DNA of 50,054 bases, filler included, from Streblomastix strix (GCA_008636045.1; 3 parts of 3 records of this genome joined end to end with filler, not necessarily neighbours in it); one strand, 5' to 3'; positions 8,755-21,559 are shown, counted from the whole stretch's first letter. A program made the numbers and translations. The notes: generated by a model from the letters alone, not told the origin.

Positions 8755-11700
8755 TCAATCAATAACATAATCACTAGCCTTAAGCCCATAAACGTATGGA
8801 CAGCAGCTTTAATCTTTTAGCACTATCATTTTTGTATGTATCCCAGTAATACCGTTCTTTTGTGTTTCTATTTTTGACATAATATAGTTCTTTTATCCTA
8901 GTCTCATGTTAGTCGCTTTTGTTATCGTTCCATCATTAATGTTATCCACTATATTTTATTTGCTAATTTTAGTTGTTTTCTAATTGACACCCTTTAGTTT
9001 TATCTTTTCTTTCTCGCCTACTTTAATATAATAATTTTTAGGCGCTAATGCAATCATTTCGGTTCCTTCATTTTCGATAGCTAAACCTAGAACCTTTTTT
9101 TCGTCCAATAAATCATTTTCAATTGTCTCGGTCCCCTCGAGGCTTCGCTTTGGAAAATAATATTTTGCATTATCATCATAGAATTATTTATCCTTTATAA
9201 CATAATCAAATTATTATTTATAGCCTGCATTAGCGTCCCCCGCCACAGCCCAATAAGCCGAATCAGTATCACCCTCCACAAAATGGAGTTTATTCATATC
9301 CAAACATTTATGCATAAAATTATATATAAAATTAAGATACCAATATTTAGCATTATCCAGCACAAAATAAGCCTCTTAAATGGGTGTTTTACAAGTGCAA
9401 GTCTCAGGATTCATTTATACAGCGTATGAATTATCACCGAGTTATTGTTCATCCATAAACGTATTCGATAAATGGGCCTTTAGTGCTTCCTTCTAATCCA
9501 TGACTTTAATTTCGGTATATTTCTCTGTGTTCATTCCATCAGAACCATATGATGAGTTCATGCTTATTTTACAAAATTATTCTAGCCCTTTATTTCCCTC
9601 TACTTTCGCTTAAATTCGCTTTCCTATAAATTCCATGACGAACGGATTAAATCCTTCATGCTTATTGAATAAAATTAATTGCTTTACATCATCTATAATA
9701 AAGTGGCAGTCATCAATTAAGAACCATAAATAGTAAGAGCTAAAAGACATAAATTCGCCCTGAGTCGATAATAAATTTGTTAGTTTTCGCTATTTTTGGT
9801 CTGTTTTAATACCGTTTGCTTTCATATGATTATACATGTAGGGGCCAATGGTATCCTCATTAGTGGTAAAGGTATAATTTCTTAAAATAGGGGGAAATTA
9901 ATAAAATCATTAATGTATTTTTCGTCAATGTGTCCCTTTATGTCAGCTATAAATAATTAATCACGGCCCCTTATTATATCCATTATCTTATCCTTATCGT
10001 CTGTTCTTCCCTATATGCTTCCTGCCATATACATTTTGCCACCCGTATATTTTATAAATTTATGTGGCTCTGATGACATAACGCTAGGGTATAGAGAATT
10101 GAAATCAACACCAACGACATGAGAAATTACATCATTTGTGGTATGAACATGAACCTTTTTATCAACGGGGCCATAAACGAATTATTTTATTACGTCTTTA
10201 CCAGCGATATTTTCCCTATGCATGACGTTAGATAGGCCGCCAGTTATACCACTACGAATAAGTTTATAATCTTCAATGTTTGTTAAATTAGTGGGGAGAC
10301 AATTAAGCATGCAAAATCTTCTAAGCTATATAAATAATCTACTAATATTTTTATCTTTATTTGAACAATATTTATTGCAATATAAGCAGCAAGGTTATAC
10401 GTTTTCTTTTGTATGGGGTAAATCATTATTGAGCCTGTCAAGTGTTGGACGGTTATTGAATGTAAATTTATCCCCACAAATGGCACATGCTGATGTTTCG
10501 AGTAATTGCTTAAAATAATCGAAGTCATTGACAGACACATTTTTGGAACTATCCCGATGTTTAATTTAGTCCTAAAATCTATAACCTTCTACTTTATATT
10601 TCCAATAGCTGGGATATAAAATGAATTTATTTGCCTTGTCTTCAACGGGGGGATAATTAGCATTTATATCAAAGTCTTTATAAGCTAATGCGTATTTGAT
10701 AGCGTTTGCACATGCAGCCATGGACATGAAGCTAAACATATCAATTTTATAGCTGATGTTCATTTATATTAAATTGTCTATTGGTGCTATCATTATTTTT
10801 GTATCCTGCTCATTATAATACTATAAATATTCCCACCTATTTTTAAATTATTTTGCGTCCTCCAAATAAAGTTTATATTCGCCATCGCACATTGATGAGT
10901 TCTTTAGTGTTGAATTGAAAGCCTCTTGGGGGAATGGCTCTGATTAGTTAAGAACTTCATTAAAATTATCCGTGTTAATATATTCATAAGGAAATACGCC
11001 TTTTTCATCACCCGCCTATGTTGAGAAATTTTTAGCAAAATCCTTCAATGTCATCGCCTGAACATAGACCATTATATCACAGAATTTTAATTTGATTTAT
11101 GAGTGCTTATGTTTAACAATAATTGATTTAGCTTATGATGAACTGCCAATATAGCTTTTAATTTCCCAGTCTAAAGATTAAAGATTTTTAAATATCAATG
11201 CAAAATCGAACTTTGCGCTATTGAATCCAACGATGGGAACTTCATTATTGGCTAAATCATTAATTATTTTATCACTATATTAATTGTCTTATTAAATTTA
11301 TTCCGCTTCTATGAATATTTATTTGAGCCATTAATCTATAAAATCAGTGCCATTTCTCAAATCAAAATAAATAGTTTTTATACCTTGTTTGTTCTTAATT
11401 GTCGAGGCTACAGAAAGAGGAACCAATTATGATAATTATTTGCTTGATTTGCCAAAATCTTTATTAATTACTTTCTCCACTGTTTCAAAATCATAGGTGA
11501 TATAATATTATGTTGGTTTAAATTCATTCTCTCGATTATTTGCTAACAAGAATTAATATGTTTTGTTTTACATTATATGGGGGCAAAATGGTCTTTACAC
11601 TGCTTCCAATTTAATTTCTTTGACTATTTTACCTCCATTAATTTCACATTTCTTAATGTGTTTCTCATATTGCGCAACGAAATGAATGTCTTTAGGGTCA

Positions 11701-13289
11701 AATGCTTTTTATTTACAGAAGGGGCAAAATTTCAATCCTGTTAAAGTTTCTTTATTCGAGATATAAAAGGCGTGTTATACCATTGATGTTTCACCATTTT
11801 ATGCTTCATCAATTAACACATTAAATTCAGGAATTTCAACAGGTTCATTTATGGTTTCATCATTTGATTCATCAGCGGCTTCATTAACGTCTTCACTATA
11901 TTTATATACCTTTGATTAATAATATGTTTAATTTTCCACTGAATAACTATAAATATTTACATTAATTTTCTCCTTTAAAACGAATTCATCAATTTCTGTT
12001 TCAATGTCAAATCCAGTGAAATCATTAAGCCATTTTTGAAATTCATTGTCATCTGTTTTATATGGTAATTCATAAAATTTAGCCATGTGTTCTTTTGCCA
12101 TGTGCTCTCGTGAATGTTCCTTAATTCTTTTCTCTTGAGTATCAGGGTATTTAAATAAATTATAAGCGTAGAACCAACATATATTATATTTACATCTTGT
12201 CGTTCGCAAACAGTTTCTATGGCCCTTCATATGAAAATCAATTAGTTCCTTAATGCTACCGCCTATGTGATACCGTGATAGTTTGAACGTTTTTATCATC
12301 ATTGAATAAATGGCAATAAATCGCTGTTTTGTGCTATCTAAATTAAAGTTCTGCATTTCAATTATTTCAGATTTTACAAATTATTTATATTCCTCGATAT
12401 CTTATTCATTGATGATTGATTTAGGGATGTGCTTTTATGTCCTTGATTCATTGGGTGTAATGTGTCCGTAAGACACTGAAACCGTTGATGATTAACCATT
12501 AATGCTCTTTCCCCTATTTTAATCCTCATAAATTACTCCAAAATCAAAGGTAATTTTAAATGGTTTATGGTTTTATTTTTCATAGACGTCATCAATAAAA
12601 TTATTTATCTCACCTAAAGAATAAATGAAATTATTATAATATGTGTTGCTTATTTCACCTTCAATATCCTTTTCAAAATGATACCCTTTGCGTGCTTAAC
12701 TAACTGCTTCAATAAATTTATCTGCTATTTATGGAGGAAAATAAAGCAAGGTGTTAGACCAGTCATTTTCAATCTCATTAACTTCGCCATTGTTATACTT
12801 GTTAATTTTATCCTTTATTTCTTCGTTCTATAATATTTCAATGTATATTTATGGAAGAACAAAATTGCGTCTAGTTTCGCTAAAGTTCTCGGGTCTTGTG
12901 AATTAAATTGTCTCATTAAGCAAACGCTATTGAATCTATTAATCATATTCATGCTATGCATATTCTTATTATTGTTCGCGTCTATATTCAAGCAAATCCT
13001 ATTCATATTAATTTTAATGGAAATAATTGATTTGGTTATTTTACTCCATCTGTCGTTATTATTATTGATGTTATTGATGCTCTACTTCAGCCACTTACCG
13101 CTAATGAACAGCATTAGTAAAATGTGTTAATTGTGTTAAATTGTTTCTTCCTCTTTTTGGGTATTCTAATTAATCCAATATTTGATTTAGTTATTGTTTT
13201 AATGTGGGAACAGTTAAACGACGATTAATATTATTTTATCCAACACGTTCAAGCAATAACAAAATTTCTTTCTTCTTTAGGTATGGCAT
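8755..13289 (-). CDS. polB: Protein-primed family B DNA polymerase (~1510 aa) with a 1-nt frameshift at ~9890
   Basis: Exonuclease-region motifs YDFET, GFNSAKFD, KGVFPYEY and YNEQD; polymerase motifs ITGG, VDFNSLYPS, KISMNSSYG, EGDTDS, ALAPKNY and KLKGV. DFNSLYP and DTDS lie in different frames, consistent with one base missing in the G5 run at 9890-9894. Confidence 0.95.
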
Positions 13290-13400
13290 ATTTATTACAA
13301 ATTAAAAAAATAAAAAATAAAAAAATAAATTTAGTTTGGATAAATTAATTATGTTATATATGGAAATAAAAAAATTAAAAAAAAATAAAATAAAATAAAA

Positions 13401-13715
13401 TCAATTGTCAAATATAAATTCTCTGTTAATGGCATCAAATTCGTTTTTCAATTCTGGGTATGCTTGGTGCAAAACATCGATGATATCTTTATCTTAATAT
13501 AGTCGTTATTTGAATATTTTTAGCCATTTTTATGCTTCATCAATAACATCATTATTTGGTTTCCGTTGTTCAGTCAATTTATAGCACCCAAAAGGCATAT
13601 ACATTTGGGTATATTTATCTGGGTTAATTATTTAATCTTAATAAGCTTTAATTTTTCTGATACAGAAAGCGTAATCTATTGCTGCTTATTAGTAGTAATC
13701 GATTTTTTTGTCCAT
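13401..13715 (-). CDS. Viral hypothetical protein, 104 aa
   Basis: TAAATG start, MDKKIDYYQQAAIDYAFCIRKIK...; open to TGA. Confidence 0.75.
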
Positions 13716-13732
13716 TTATGGTAAATAAAAAA

Positions 13733-15193
13733 TCATTAATATTAAATTTCTAGTAGTAAATTATTATAATAATCCATGTATTACGTCGGCACCTTACGGC
13801 CAAAGTTATCATATAATGTAAATACCACTGATTTATTTTAGCCAATAAAACACTCTTACGACATCATATTTTAGCCCCATAAAGCAGGTGCATCAATCAA
13901 GTTCTATTTGAAGCACACATTATTGAACCCATTACCTCCTAGTGCCTCCATCGTTATTCCTTTCAATTAATTATTTACGCATATAATTAACATCTATGGA
14001 TATTCTATAAAATTACCTATGCTGGGGCAAAATATTGGAAGGTCAGGAATCAAACTATTAGCAGAAAATTTAGTCTTATAAAACCATGTTTCTAAATCAA
14101 TCTATTTTATAGACGACGAAAGATTTGATAATTAATTTGATCCATTTTCATTTATCCCGTCATACAAATCCAAAGCACCAGCTAATTAAGCATATAAATT
14201 TGGCGATAATATTAATTTTTTAGCATACCAATTAATATGTTCAGCTACTGCATATTCATTAACAACTTCCGCGATAAATTAGCCATAAAAACCAGTCCTT
14301 CCAACAGCTGCATAAATATCGGTCCATTCACTAGTGGTTAAAGCTGGTAGTGAGCATATTATTCGCACTGGGAAAGTATTTATGTTATTGATTATTTATT
14401 GCATGGTCTATTATTAAACATCAATTGGCTGGTCATCTAATGTTGTTATCACACCCGCTGAACTAATATTTATTCTCTTACCAAATAAATAACGAACAGA
14501 TAATGCATTTGATGCTAATGGTTCAATAGAAGTTATAAAGTTATTTGTAGTTGGGCAATATAAGCGAATTAATCCTATTGCTCGATATGCTACGCTTGTG
14601 CTATAATCCATTATCCAATAGTGATAAAGGAACGCATCAATTCTTAAATTAATGTAATTTATTGCTGAACTTACTATATCCTGTCCATAATTTGTATTTA
14701 ATGAAAATTGATTATTTGATAATTTTTATGTATGTTCATTCTGGGGATTATTGAAGCAAATAGCGCCTCAGTTAGTGGTTGATTATAACTTGAAATATTT
14801 TTCTTATCCGTCAATAAAATTAGTAAATTAAGGAACTTAAAGAGCAAGCAACTGTGGAACATATTTATATCCCTGATTATCTTAGTCATCAACATATTAG
14901 TTATTAATGGCTGTATTTAAATTTATCCTGATTGGTGGCAACTCCGTTAATGCTTATTATGTAAAAGTATTATTTCCGTTATCTTATTAAAAGTATATTT
15001 TTCTATTGGGGGTAGAAATTATATAGTGCTATATTTCTTAATAATCGCTGTTCAAATAATAGGTTAAATTTATTGGGATATTATTAATGCTATTTACTTA
15101 AAATGAATTATAGCCAGAGGGTATGGTGGTCTTCCACGTCACGAAATCTTCTTCTGATTCAGAGCTAATAATTTGCATGCCGATGTTTGACAT
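13733..15193 (-). CDS. Putative minor capsid (penton) protein, ~486 aa, interrupted by in-frame TGA at 14768-14770
   Basis: N-terminal DFVTWKTTIPSGYNSFQVNSINNIP and C-terminal SVVFTLYDNFGRKVP...LLLEIQY match the terminal strands typical of single-jelly-roll pentons. One reading frame is used throughout. Confidence 0.65.
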
Positions 15194-15237
15194 TTATGTA
15201 TAGCAAAAATAATACATTAATGGATTCATTAACGTAT

Positions 15238-15477
15238 TCATTAACAGATCCATTTATCCTTTTCATTCAATAATTCAATCAATTTCATAACTGCATTTTA
15301 GCTATTTTCTTAGGCTAATTATACCACTTCTTTTAGCTCTTCCATCTTCAGGCGCTTATTATATTATCTCAATAAAAATCGAAGTTCAATTTCTGGGTCT
15401 GATTTAGTGGCTAAAGAAACTAAAGAACTTAAGAATGAACAATATACCATAAATTCCTCACCTGAAATTTTAATCAT
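15238..15477 (-). CDS. Viral hypothetical protein, 79 aa
   Basis: TAAATG start, MIKISGEEFMVYCSFLSSLV...; open to TGA. Confidence 0.65.
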
Positions 15478-15646
15478 TTATTTAAAGATAAAAATATAAA
15501 AAACAAAGTTCAAGCTTTATTTTTAATTGCATAAATTTAGGTTATCAATAATAAAGCACTAGATATAATAATTATTATTTCACAAAAATTTGTTTCCATT
15601 TATTTATAATTAAAATATCATTAAAATATTTTTAAAAACTATTAAA

Positions 15647-16456
15647 ATGCCTAAAAAAGGAAAAAAGGGAAAACAAAGCACACAGCGAAATATATAATAA
15701 CCAACCCCATCAAACCAAAACTTTGACACTCTTATAAAAGAAGATAACAGAGGAAAGAGAACAATATATTACATACCCAAGCCAAAAACAACATAATACG
15801 AGGACCCAATGGCTTAGATGCTGATGCAATCAGCCTAAGAGGCAGCAATGGCTTTCTAAGGGACTCCTGACATAAGGATATCATACCCCGATAATATTAA
15901 TGCACGAATAAATGAACCTTCACATGATTTAGCAAGCCGACGATTGCCATATCCTTTATAGATAAAAGAAAGCATAAAAGAAAGCATAAAATAAAACGAA
16001 AACGAAAAAATGAAGGAAGATCCCAATGATGAAGGGATATAATCGGAAGGCCCATTTAGCATGCTAACAGGCGATTTCACCGATGAACAACCAGAAGGAA
16101 CAATATTGTAATAATAAATGTAGGCGGAGAAAGAAAATTAAATTGAAGGTAAAATTTTGTAAAAAGATAATGCATAAACAACAAATGAATTATAATACTA
16201 ATATGGTGCAACTGATTGGGGCCATCGACCAATCAATAAAGAATTTACCAATACCCCATACCCAATAATGAATACCGCTAACTATATGAACGATGGAGGG
16301 ATACCATCATTAAGAGTATAAAAATAATATCTAGATAAATAGAGTAGAATTAATAGGCCAAAAGAGCGAAAGAATTATATTAAAACAAGTAAATTAATGT
16401 AATCAATAGCTGCATAGGACAGACTAAAGAAACACGGTAAAAATAAGAAAAAATGA
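15647..16456 (+). CDS. Viral hypothetical protein with basic termini (possible core/DNA-binding), 269 aa
   Basis: TAAAATG start, MPKKGKKGKQ...RLKKHGKNKKK; open in code 6. Confidence 0.75.
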
Positions 16457-16458
16457 AA

Positions 16459-16625
16459 TCAAAATGTCTATACTGCTGCATCCACCTGCTCTATATTCCC
16501 TTCGATTATATCAATGATTTTAATTAAATCCTCCTTTGATAAAACAACTTTATTTAGCAACTTTTGGGCTGATAATTATAGTTCAGAAATGCCAGATTTA
16601 AATACTTTCTATTTTTCTCTCAAAC
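16459..16625 (-). CDS. 3' end of a viral gene cut by the contig end
   Basis: ...LLNKVVLSKEDLIKIIDIIEGNIEQVDAAVQTF-TGA. Confidence 0.5.
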
Positions 16626-16725
16626 NNNNNNNNNNNNNNNNNNNNNNNNNNNNNNNNNNNNNNNNNNNNTTAATTAATTAANNNNNNNNNNNNNNNNNNN
16701 NNNNNNNNNNNNNNNNNNNNNNNNN
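16626..16725. other. Artificial contig linker
   Basis: N-run with a central TTAATTAATTAA, identical to the linker at 33341-33440. Confidence 0.98.
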
Positions 16726-17399
16726 CAGTAAAACACAAAACTGAGATCGACATAACCCACAAGTAGAAGGCAAAGGACAGTTTCTCTAACATAAACAACT
16801 CCACAGAGTTAGACTACACCTTACCCGAACTAGAATTAAAGCTCAATTTTGAATGTTGATCTTATGGGAATGATTACGCATCCTTTCTCAGTTCCGAAAT
16901 GAATATAACATCAATAGATTGCAGGAGTAGTAGCGTAGGGTTTTCATGCACCCAGGGAGACCTTTCCAACAAATGGAAATGTAAAAAAAGTAGTATCTTC
17001 TACAGACTGCATAATTTCGGGCTAAGTAGTGGATACTGTATCCAAACCAATAGATATTTAGACAGTAATTTCTACAAAACTCCAGGCAAATCACATTCAT
17101 AAACACATAGTTGAGAATAAAGGAGGAATGACAGCTGTGAGAAGTAAAGTCACAAGCACAAATACTTCTGTTATCGCAAACTAGAACTAGAGTAAATACT
17201 AGAGGCGCTGACAGTCAGGGTTGAGCCCACTGACGGTTCCAACTTATAGGAATTCAGAATAGAACAACGGAGGAGAATCATACACTAGAAATATTTCCAA
17301 GGACCCTAATGGAGGAAACATTACAATCTCAATCAAACACGAGATTGGGGGAAAAACAATTCATTATCTAGAAACATTGAAATTAGTAAAGGAAGTGAA

Positions 17400-19270
17400 A
17401 TTTATATAAAAGGGGTTATTCTTATTGTTTAAAAGCGAGGATAGCGAAAAGAGTTTGTAAAAGGAACTGAGAATTTATCCGTTATTTGGCTCATGAGAAG
17501 AGGAAATAGCATACACAGAGAAATTGAAAGAAGAATTAAGAGAAAATATAATAGAAGAGATACATTTTGTGCAGACTAAATGGTTTAATCCAACATTCAT
17601 AATCCCGAAGTTTCACTAGAAATGGAGGAATATTCTGGATGCGAGTTCAATGAATAAGGAGATACAAACGATTCATTTTAATATGAATGGAAAAGATAAA
17701 GCGAGAGATTTGATAAGAAAAGGAGACTGTGCAACAAGTCTAGATCTAGAATAAGACTTTCACCACCTAATTGTATCTCCAACGAACAAACCACACTTAG
17801 CATTTGAAGCAATAGGGAAAGTTTATTAATATAGGTCAATGCCATTTGGAACATTGCACTTCCCAATTTTCTTCGCGTAAGCACTAGCAATGGTTCTAAC
17901 TAAGATTTGGAGAGAATCAGTCATAAAAATCTGAAATTATATAGACGATCTGCTCCTCCTACATTAGATCAAAGAAAGATTGTGTGATTAATCTTTGACA
18001 ACCATGTGCATTTTGGAAGCATTTTGGTGGACAATAGCCTATGAGAAATGCGAATCAGAACCAAAACAACAAAAAAAACTTTTTATGATGGACTTTGGAC
18101 TTGTAAAGAATGAATTTAAGGATGGCAGACCTGAGAAAATAAGAACTTCATTTCCAATTATGGAGATTCATTAGTTTAATATAGAGAAAAGTTTTGATTT
18201 AAATCGAATATCTAGAATAAATAATAGACAAACGAAATTTATTAAGAGTCCAAGTAAGAGAAGCTTCCTTCTACTTAAAGTAAATGGACTCAGCAAAGAC
18301 GAGAGCACTGAAGAATATAGAATGGAGAGAGAATAAGATTCAACAAAAGGAAACCCTTCAAGAACTTTATTGGTGGCAGGGAGGAAAAGCAAGGAATTAA
18401 GAGATGACTTTAGAAGTGAGAATTACAGAGGCAGTGATGGTATCAGACGCATCTCCGAAGGGCTGGGGAGTGACTCTGGAACTCTAAACAAGGAACTCTT
18501 TTGTCCAACATGGAGAATGGATTAACGAACAAAAATATTGGACAAACATCAAAAAGGAGATGGAAGCCATAAACTTAGGTCTATTCTGCAACGGATAATT
18601 CTTTCAAGAGCTGCAGATCAAAACGATGCTCATTGAGTCTGACAGCTTTAACACAATATAATATTTAACAAAACAGAGAGCAGGTTATACGTTGGTAACA
18701 AAGGTGAAGAAAATATTTATGCCATATCTACAACAGAAAATACAAATACAGACTCAACATATTCCAGGGGTTTCAAACAAGATAACAGACTTACTAAGTA
18801 GGTTATGTACCAAGGGCGAATATTCAATAAAAAAAGAGATATTCATAGCTCTATGCCAGGCGTGCTAAATAACACCAACACTGGACTTGTTCGCAACAGG
18901 GGAAAATAAACTCGTGGATAGATTCGTGGCAATAGGAGAGGAAGAGGAAGGGGCAGAATGGTTGAATGCATTTTCGAGACTATGGAAGGAGGAGATCTTT
19001 TGGATTCACCCACCAATTCCGAAGATAGGAAAAGCCCTGATCGTTTGGCAAAAGTTCAAACAAAAGTCAATCATGATAGAACATTGGTGGCCCAATCAAA
19101 TATGGTTCACACATTTACTAATAGGCAGTTGCAGATACCTTATTCTTGTAGAGAGCTCTCTGATTCCGAACCCGGGGAAGGAGATGACGAAAAAGAAAGG
19201 CATGCTACCATCAAGAAAAATCGAGGCATTTTTCATGGACCAAGAGTCGAAAAAGGAAGTAAACTATTAA
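17400..19270 (+). pseudogene. DIRS-type pol: reverse transcriptase, RNase H and MT-like domain (disrupted)
   Basis: RT: WFNPTFIIPK..KWRNILD, SLDLEQDFHHL, MPFG, I*NYIDDLL. RNase H: SDASPKGWG, KEMEAI, ESDS, HIPGVSNKITDLLSR. MT-like: DLFA...NAFSRLW...IHPP...WWPNQIWF. Boundaries are approximate. Confidence 0.9.
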
Positions 19271-20508
19271 AAAAATTTCTATACAACATAATCATGACTA
19301 GAGAAACTCAAAAAATGATAATAGGGGGATCGAAATTCAACATTCAGAAGAAGTATATGTAGACAATAGGAGTGTTTGATGATTGGATGAAATAAAAGAA
19401 TTACACAATCTAGGACATAATGAACAAGAAAATTCCATTTATATTCACTGATTTAATGACATGGTTAACAGGAACAAAGAAAACAAAGCCATCATCAGTA
19501 AAGCACCACGCATCGAAACTTAATACAAAGTTTTCTCTCATATTTGTAACAGTATAAGTCTTAGTAACTGCGTAGAGAATCATTACACATGCAATACTTA
19601 ATCATTTGATTAATAACACAAGATATGGGAGCACCTGAGACATCAGTTTACTTTATAAGCATTGGAGAATGAGACCTGAAAGTTATATTCTCTTGAATGA
19701 AGAGCTGTAAATAAAGCTAGCTTCAATTATAATGTCATTATGTTTTGTGAGAATTGAAGAACTTGCAAACATAGATCTTTCGGTATCGATCATAGATGAA
19801 GAAGAACATACAGCAGCAGTTTGTATCCCACACAAATAATCAAGGGAGAGAAAGATATGATATAAGAAAATCAGAAAATCCTTGAAAATATCCAGCAGGG
19901 ACATTTGTTGTTTTGTTTACAAGACTTAGAGAACACTTTTAACAGAGTTCAACAAATTTCATACACTTATTCTAAACTGAGAATTGGGAGCGAGCTGATC
20001 AGAGATTCATTAGCACACGTCATGAAAGACTTGTTCAGACACTTCGAGTATAAAATGCAACTGTAAACTTCATTATACACGCATCTTCTACAGAAGTAGC
20101 AGCACTTGTATTTTTGTGGGGATAATAAACGTCTTTAAACAACATATTCCAAATTCAAAGATGAATTAGAATTTCTACAGTTTCGCTATAAGCAGGAAGC
20201 AGGATTCCATTGCATCTAAATTCGTAAACAATCACGGCGAGAAGCAAGCTACTTAGATTATCTCAAAATTAAGGGGTGATACAAGAGTCTCCGACGGAGA
20301 TGGACTACAATAATCTCCGTAAGGAGATGATTTTTAGTTATCTCCATAGGAGACTCTTGCTTCACCTCTTTCCCTCCCGATCAATTCGTCCCAACCCATC
20401 GTTGAAGCTGAGTCTCCGAACGATCACGAGAGTGCAAACGTTCTGAAATCACAAATGTAGAAGGATAATCAAGACGTTGAACCACAAAATGAGGTTAAAG
20501 ACTCATGA
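19235..20508 (+). pseudogene. Tyrosine recombinase of the DIRS-like element (disrupted)
   Basis: YGST*DISLL, KLASIIMSLCFVRIEELANID (catalytic Arg region) and NFIIHASSTE (degenerate HxxR box). In-frame TGAs; boundaries approximate. Confidence 0.75.
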
Positions 20509-20923
20509 ATGACAAAGGATTCTCACCCAGCAACAACTTCTGAAGCTTAGAAATAATGAATGAGAAGTCAGGAATGAGAATGAGTCAGTGCGAAGTTTTT
20601 TGATAAATACCATACCCAATTTAGAACAAATATCTCTTTTTCTCACTCCTACAAAATGAAATTAATAGGGAGGAAGTTACTCTTTTAATTTTTTATCCTT
20701 ACATCACTCGATTACTTTTGTTTTCTACCTCGCCTGGGACCATTTAGTCACCGAAAGCCAGTACTAGCACTTCATGCAGTAACTTTTAAAGCTTTTTTTA
20801 GTATTTTCATACATGGCCGATTCAAATGGATGAGCAGCTCAACGGAGCACCCAGTCCTAGCAGTCCATTTAGCAATCTCAAAATAAAGAGGTGAAGCAAG
20901 AGTCTCCTATGGAGATAACTACA
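20261..20923. repeat. Element-1 3' terminal repeats: A' (~20261-20309), rc(A) 20335-20371, A 20885-20921
   Basis: tagttatctccataggagactcttgcttcacctcttt is the exact 37-nt reverse complement of aaagaggtgaagcaagagtctcctatggagataacta. A' is a diverged direct copy. Confidence 0.9.
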
Positions 20924-21559
20924 AATTAATTTAATTATTGCATAAAATAAAGAAATGATTTAAGAAACCGTTCAGGTTGTAAAATAACCATTTAAATGTA
21001 TGAATAAATAATTAATGATACCAATAATTAAATTATAAAAATTGAACGAAGACAATAAATAATTTTTAATTAATCTCGATATGTGCGTATAGCATATTTA
21101 ACTATGATAACGAATAGAGGTGAATTTTAAATATGAAATTTTTATCAGAATGAAAGATAATAATGCCCCAATTAATTAAAATAAAAAAAATATTAATAAC
21201 TGCTAGCATTAATAGATTTGTTTAAAAGTCATGATTGAGATACAACAGAGAAAACGATTTTTAAAAAGTAAAATGTTTTTCAGCATAAATAGCATCTATA
21301 TCAGAATAATACTAGTATATTTATATTAAGAAAAATCATTTCTTTTTTTAATTAGAATGTGCATCGTTTGACAAAGTAAGGAACACGAGATTCAATACGA
21401 TCAAATAAATTGAATAAAAATTCATTTCCGATAACTGTACTTAATTAACTTATTATTTATATAATTATTAAATCAATAAATTATATAGGTGAATAAATTA
21501 ATACAATTTATTGATAAATTTATTTTCGTTAATTTTTATTCACTTATTGATCTTCTACC

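Larger units (their letters stand above)
128..16625. mobile_element. Endogenous Maverick/Polinton-like dsDNA virus (right end truncated by contig end)
   Basis: Dense, intronless genes in code 6: protein-primed PolB, A32-like ATPase, KilA-N, jelly-roll-like capsid candidates and a fibre. The left edge begins AGTAGT, typical of Polinton termini. Confidence 0.92.
16726..20923 (+). mobile_element. Degenerate DIRS-like tyrosine-recombinase retrotransposon (5' truncated by contig start)
   Basis: Domain order RT - RNase H - methyltransferase-like - YR, with terminal complementary repeats. Multiple stops and frameshifts. Confidence 0.9.

Noticed and set aside
16626..16725. TTAATTAATTAA palindrome in N-runs, and apparent adjacency of the virus and the retrotransposon
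   Set aside because: This is an artificial linker. The contigs are not known to be adjacent, so the YR genes cannot be assigned to the virus as its integrase.
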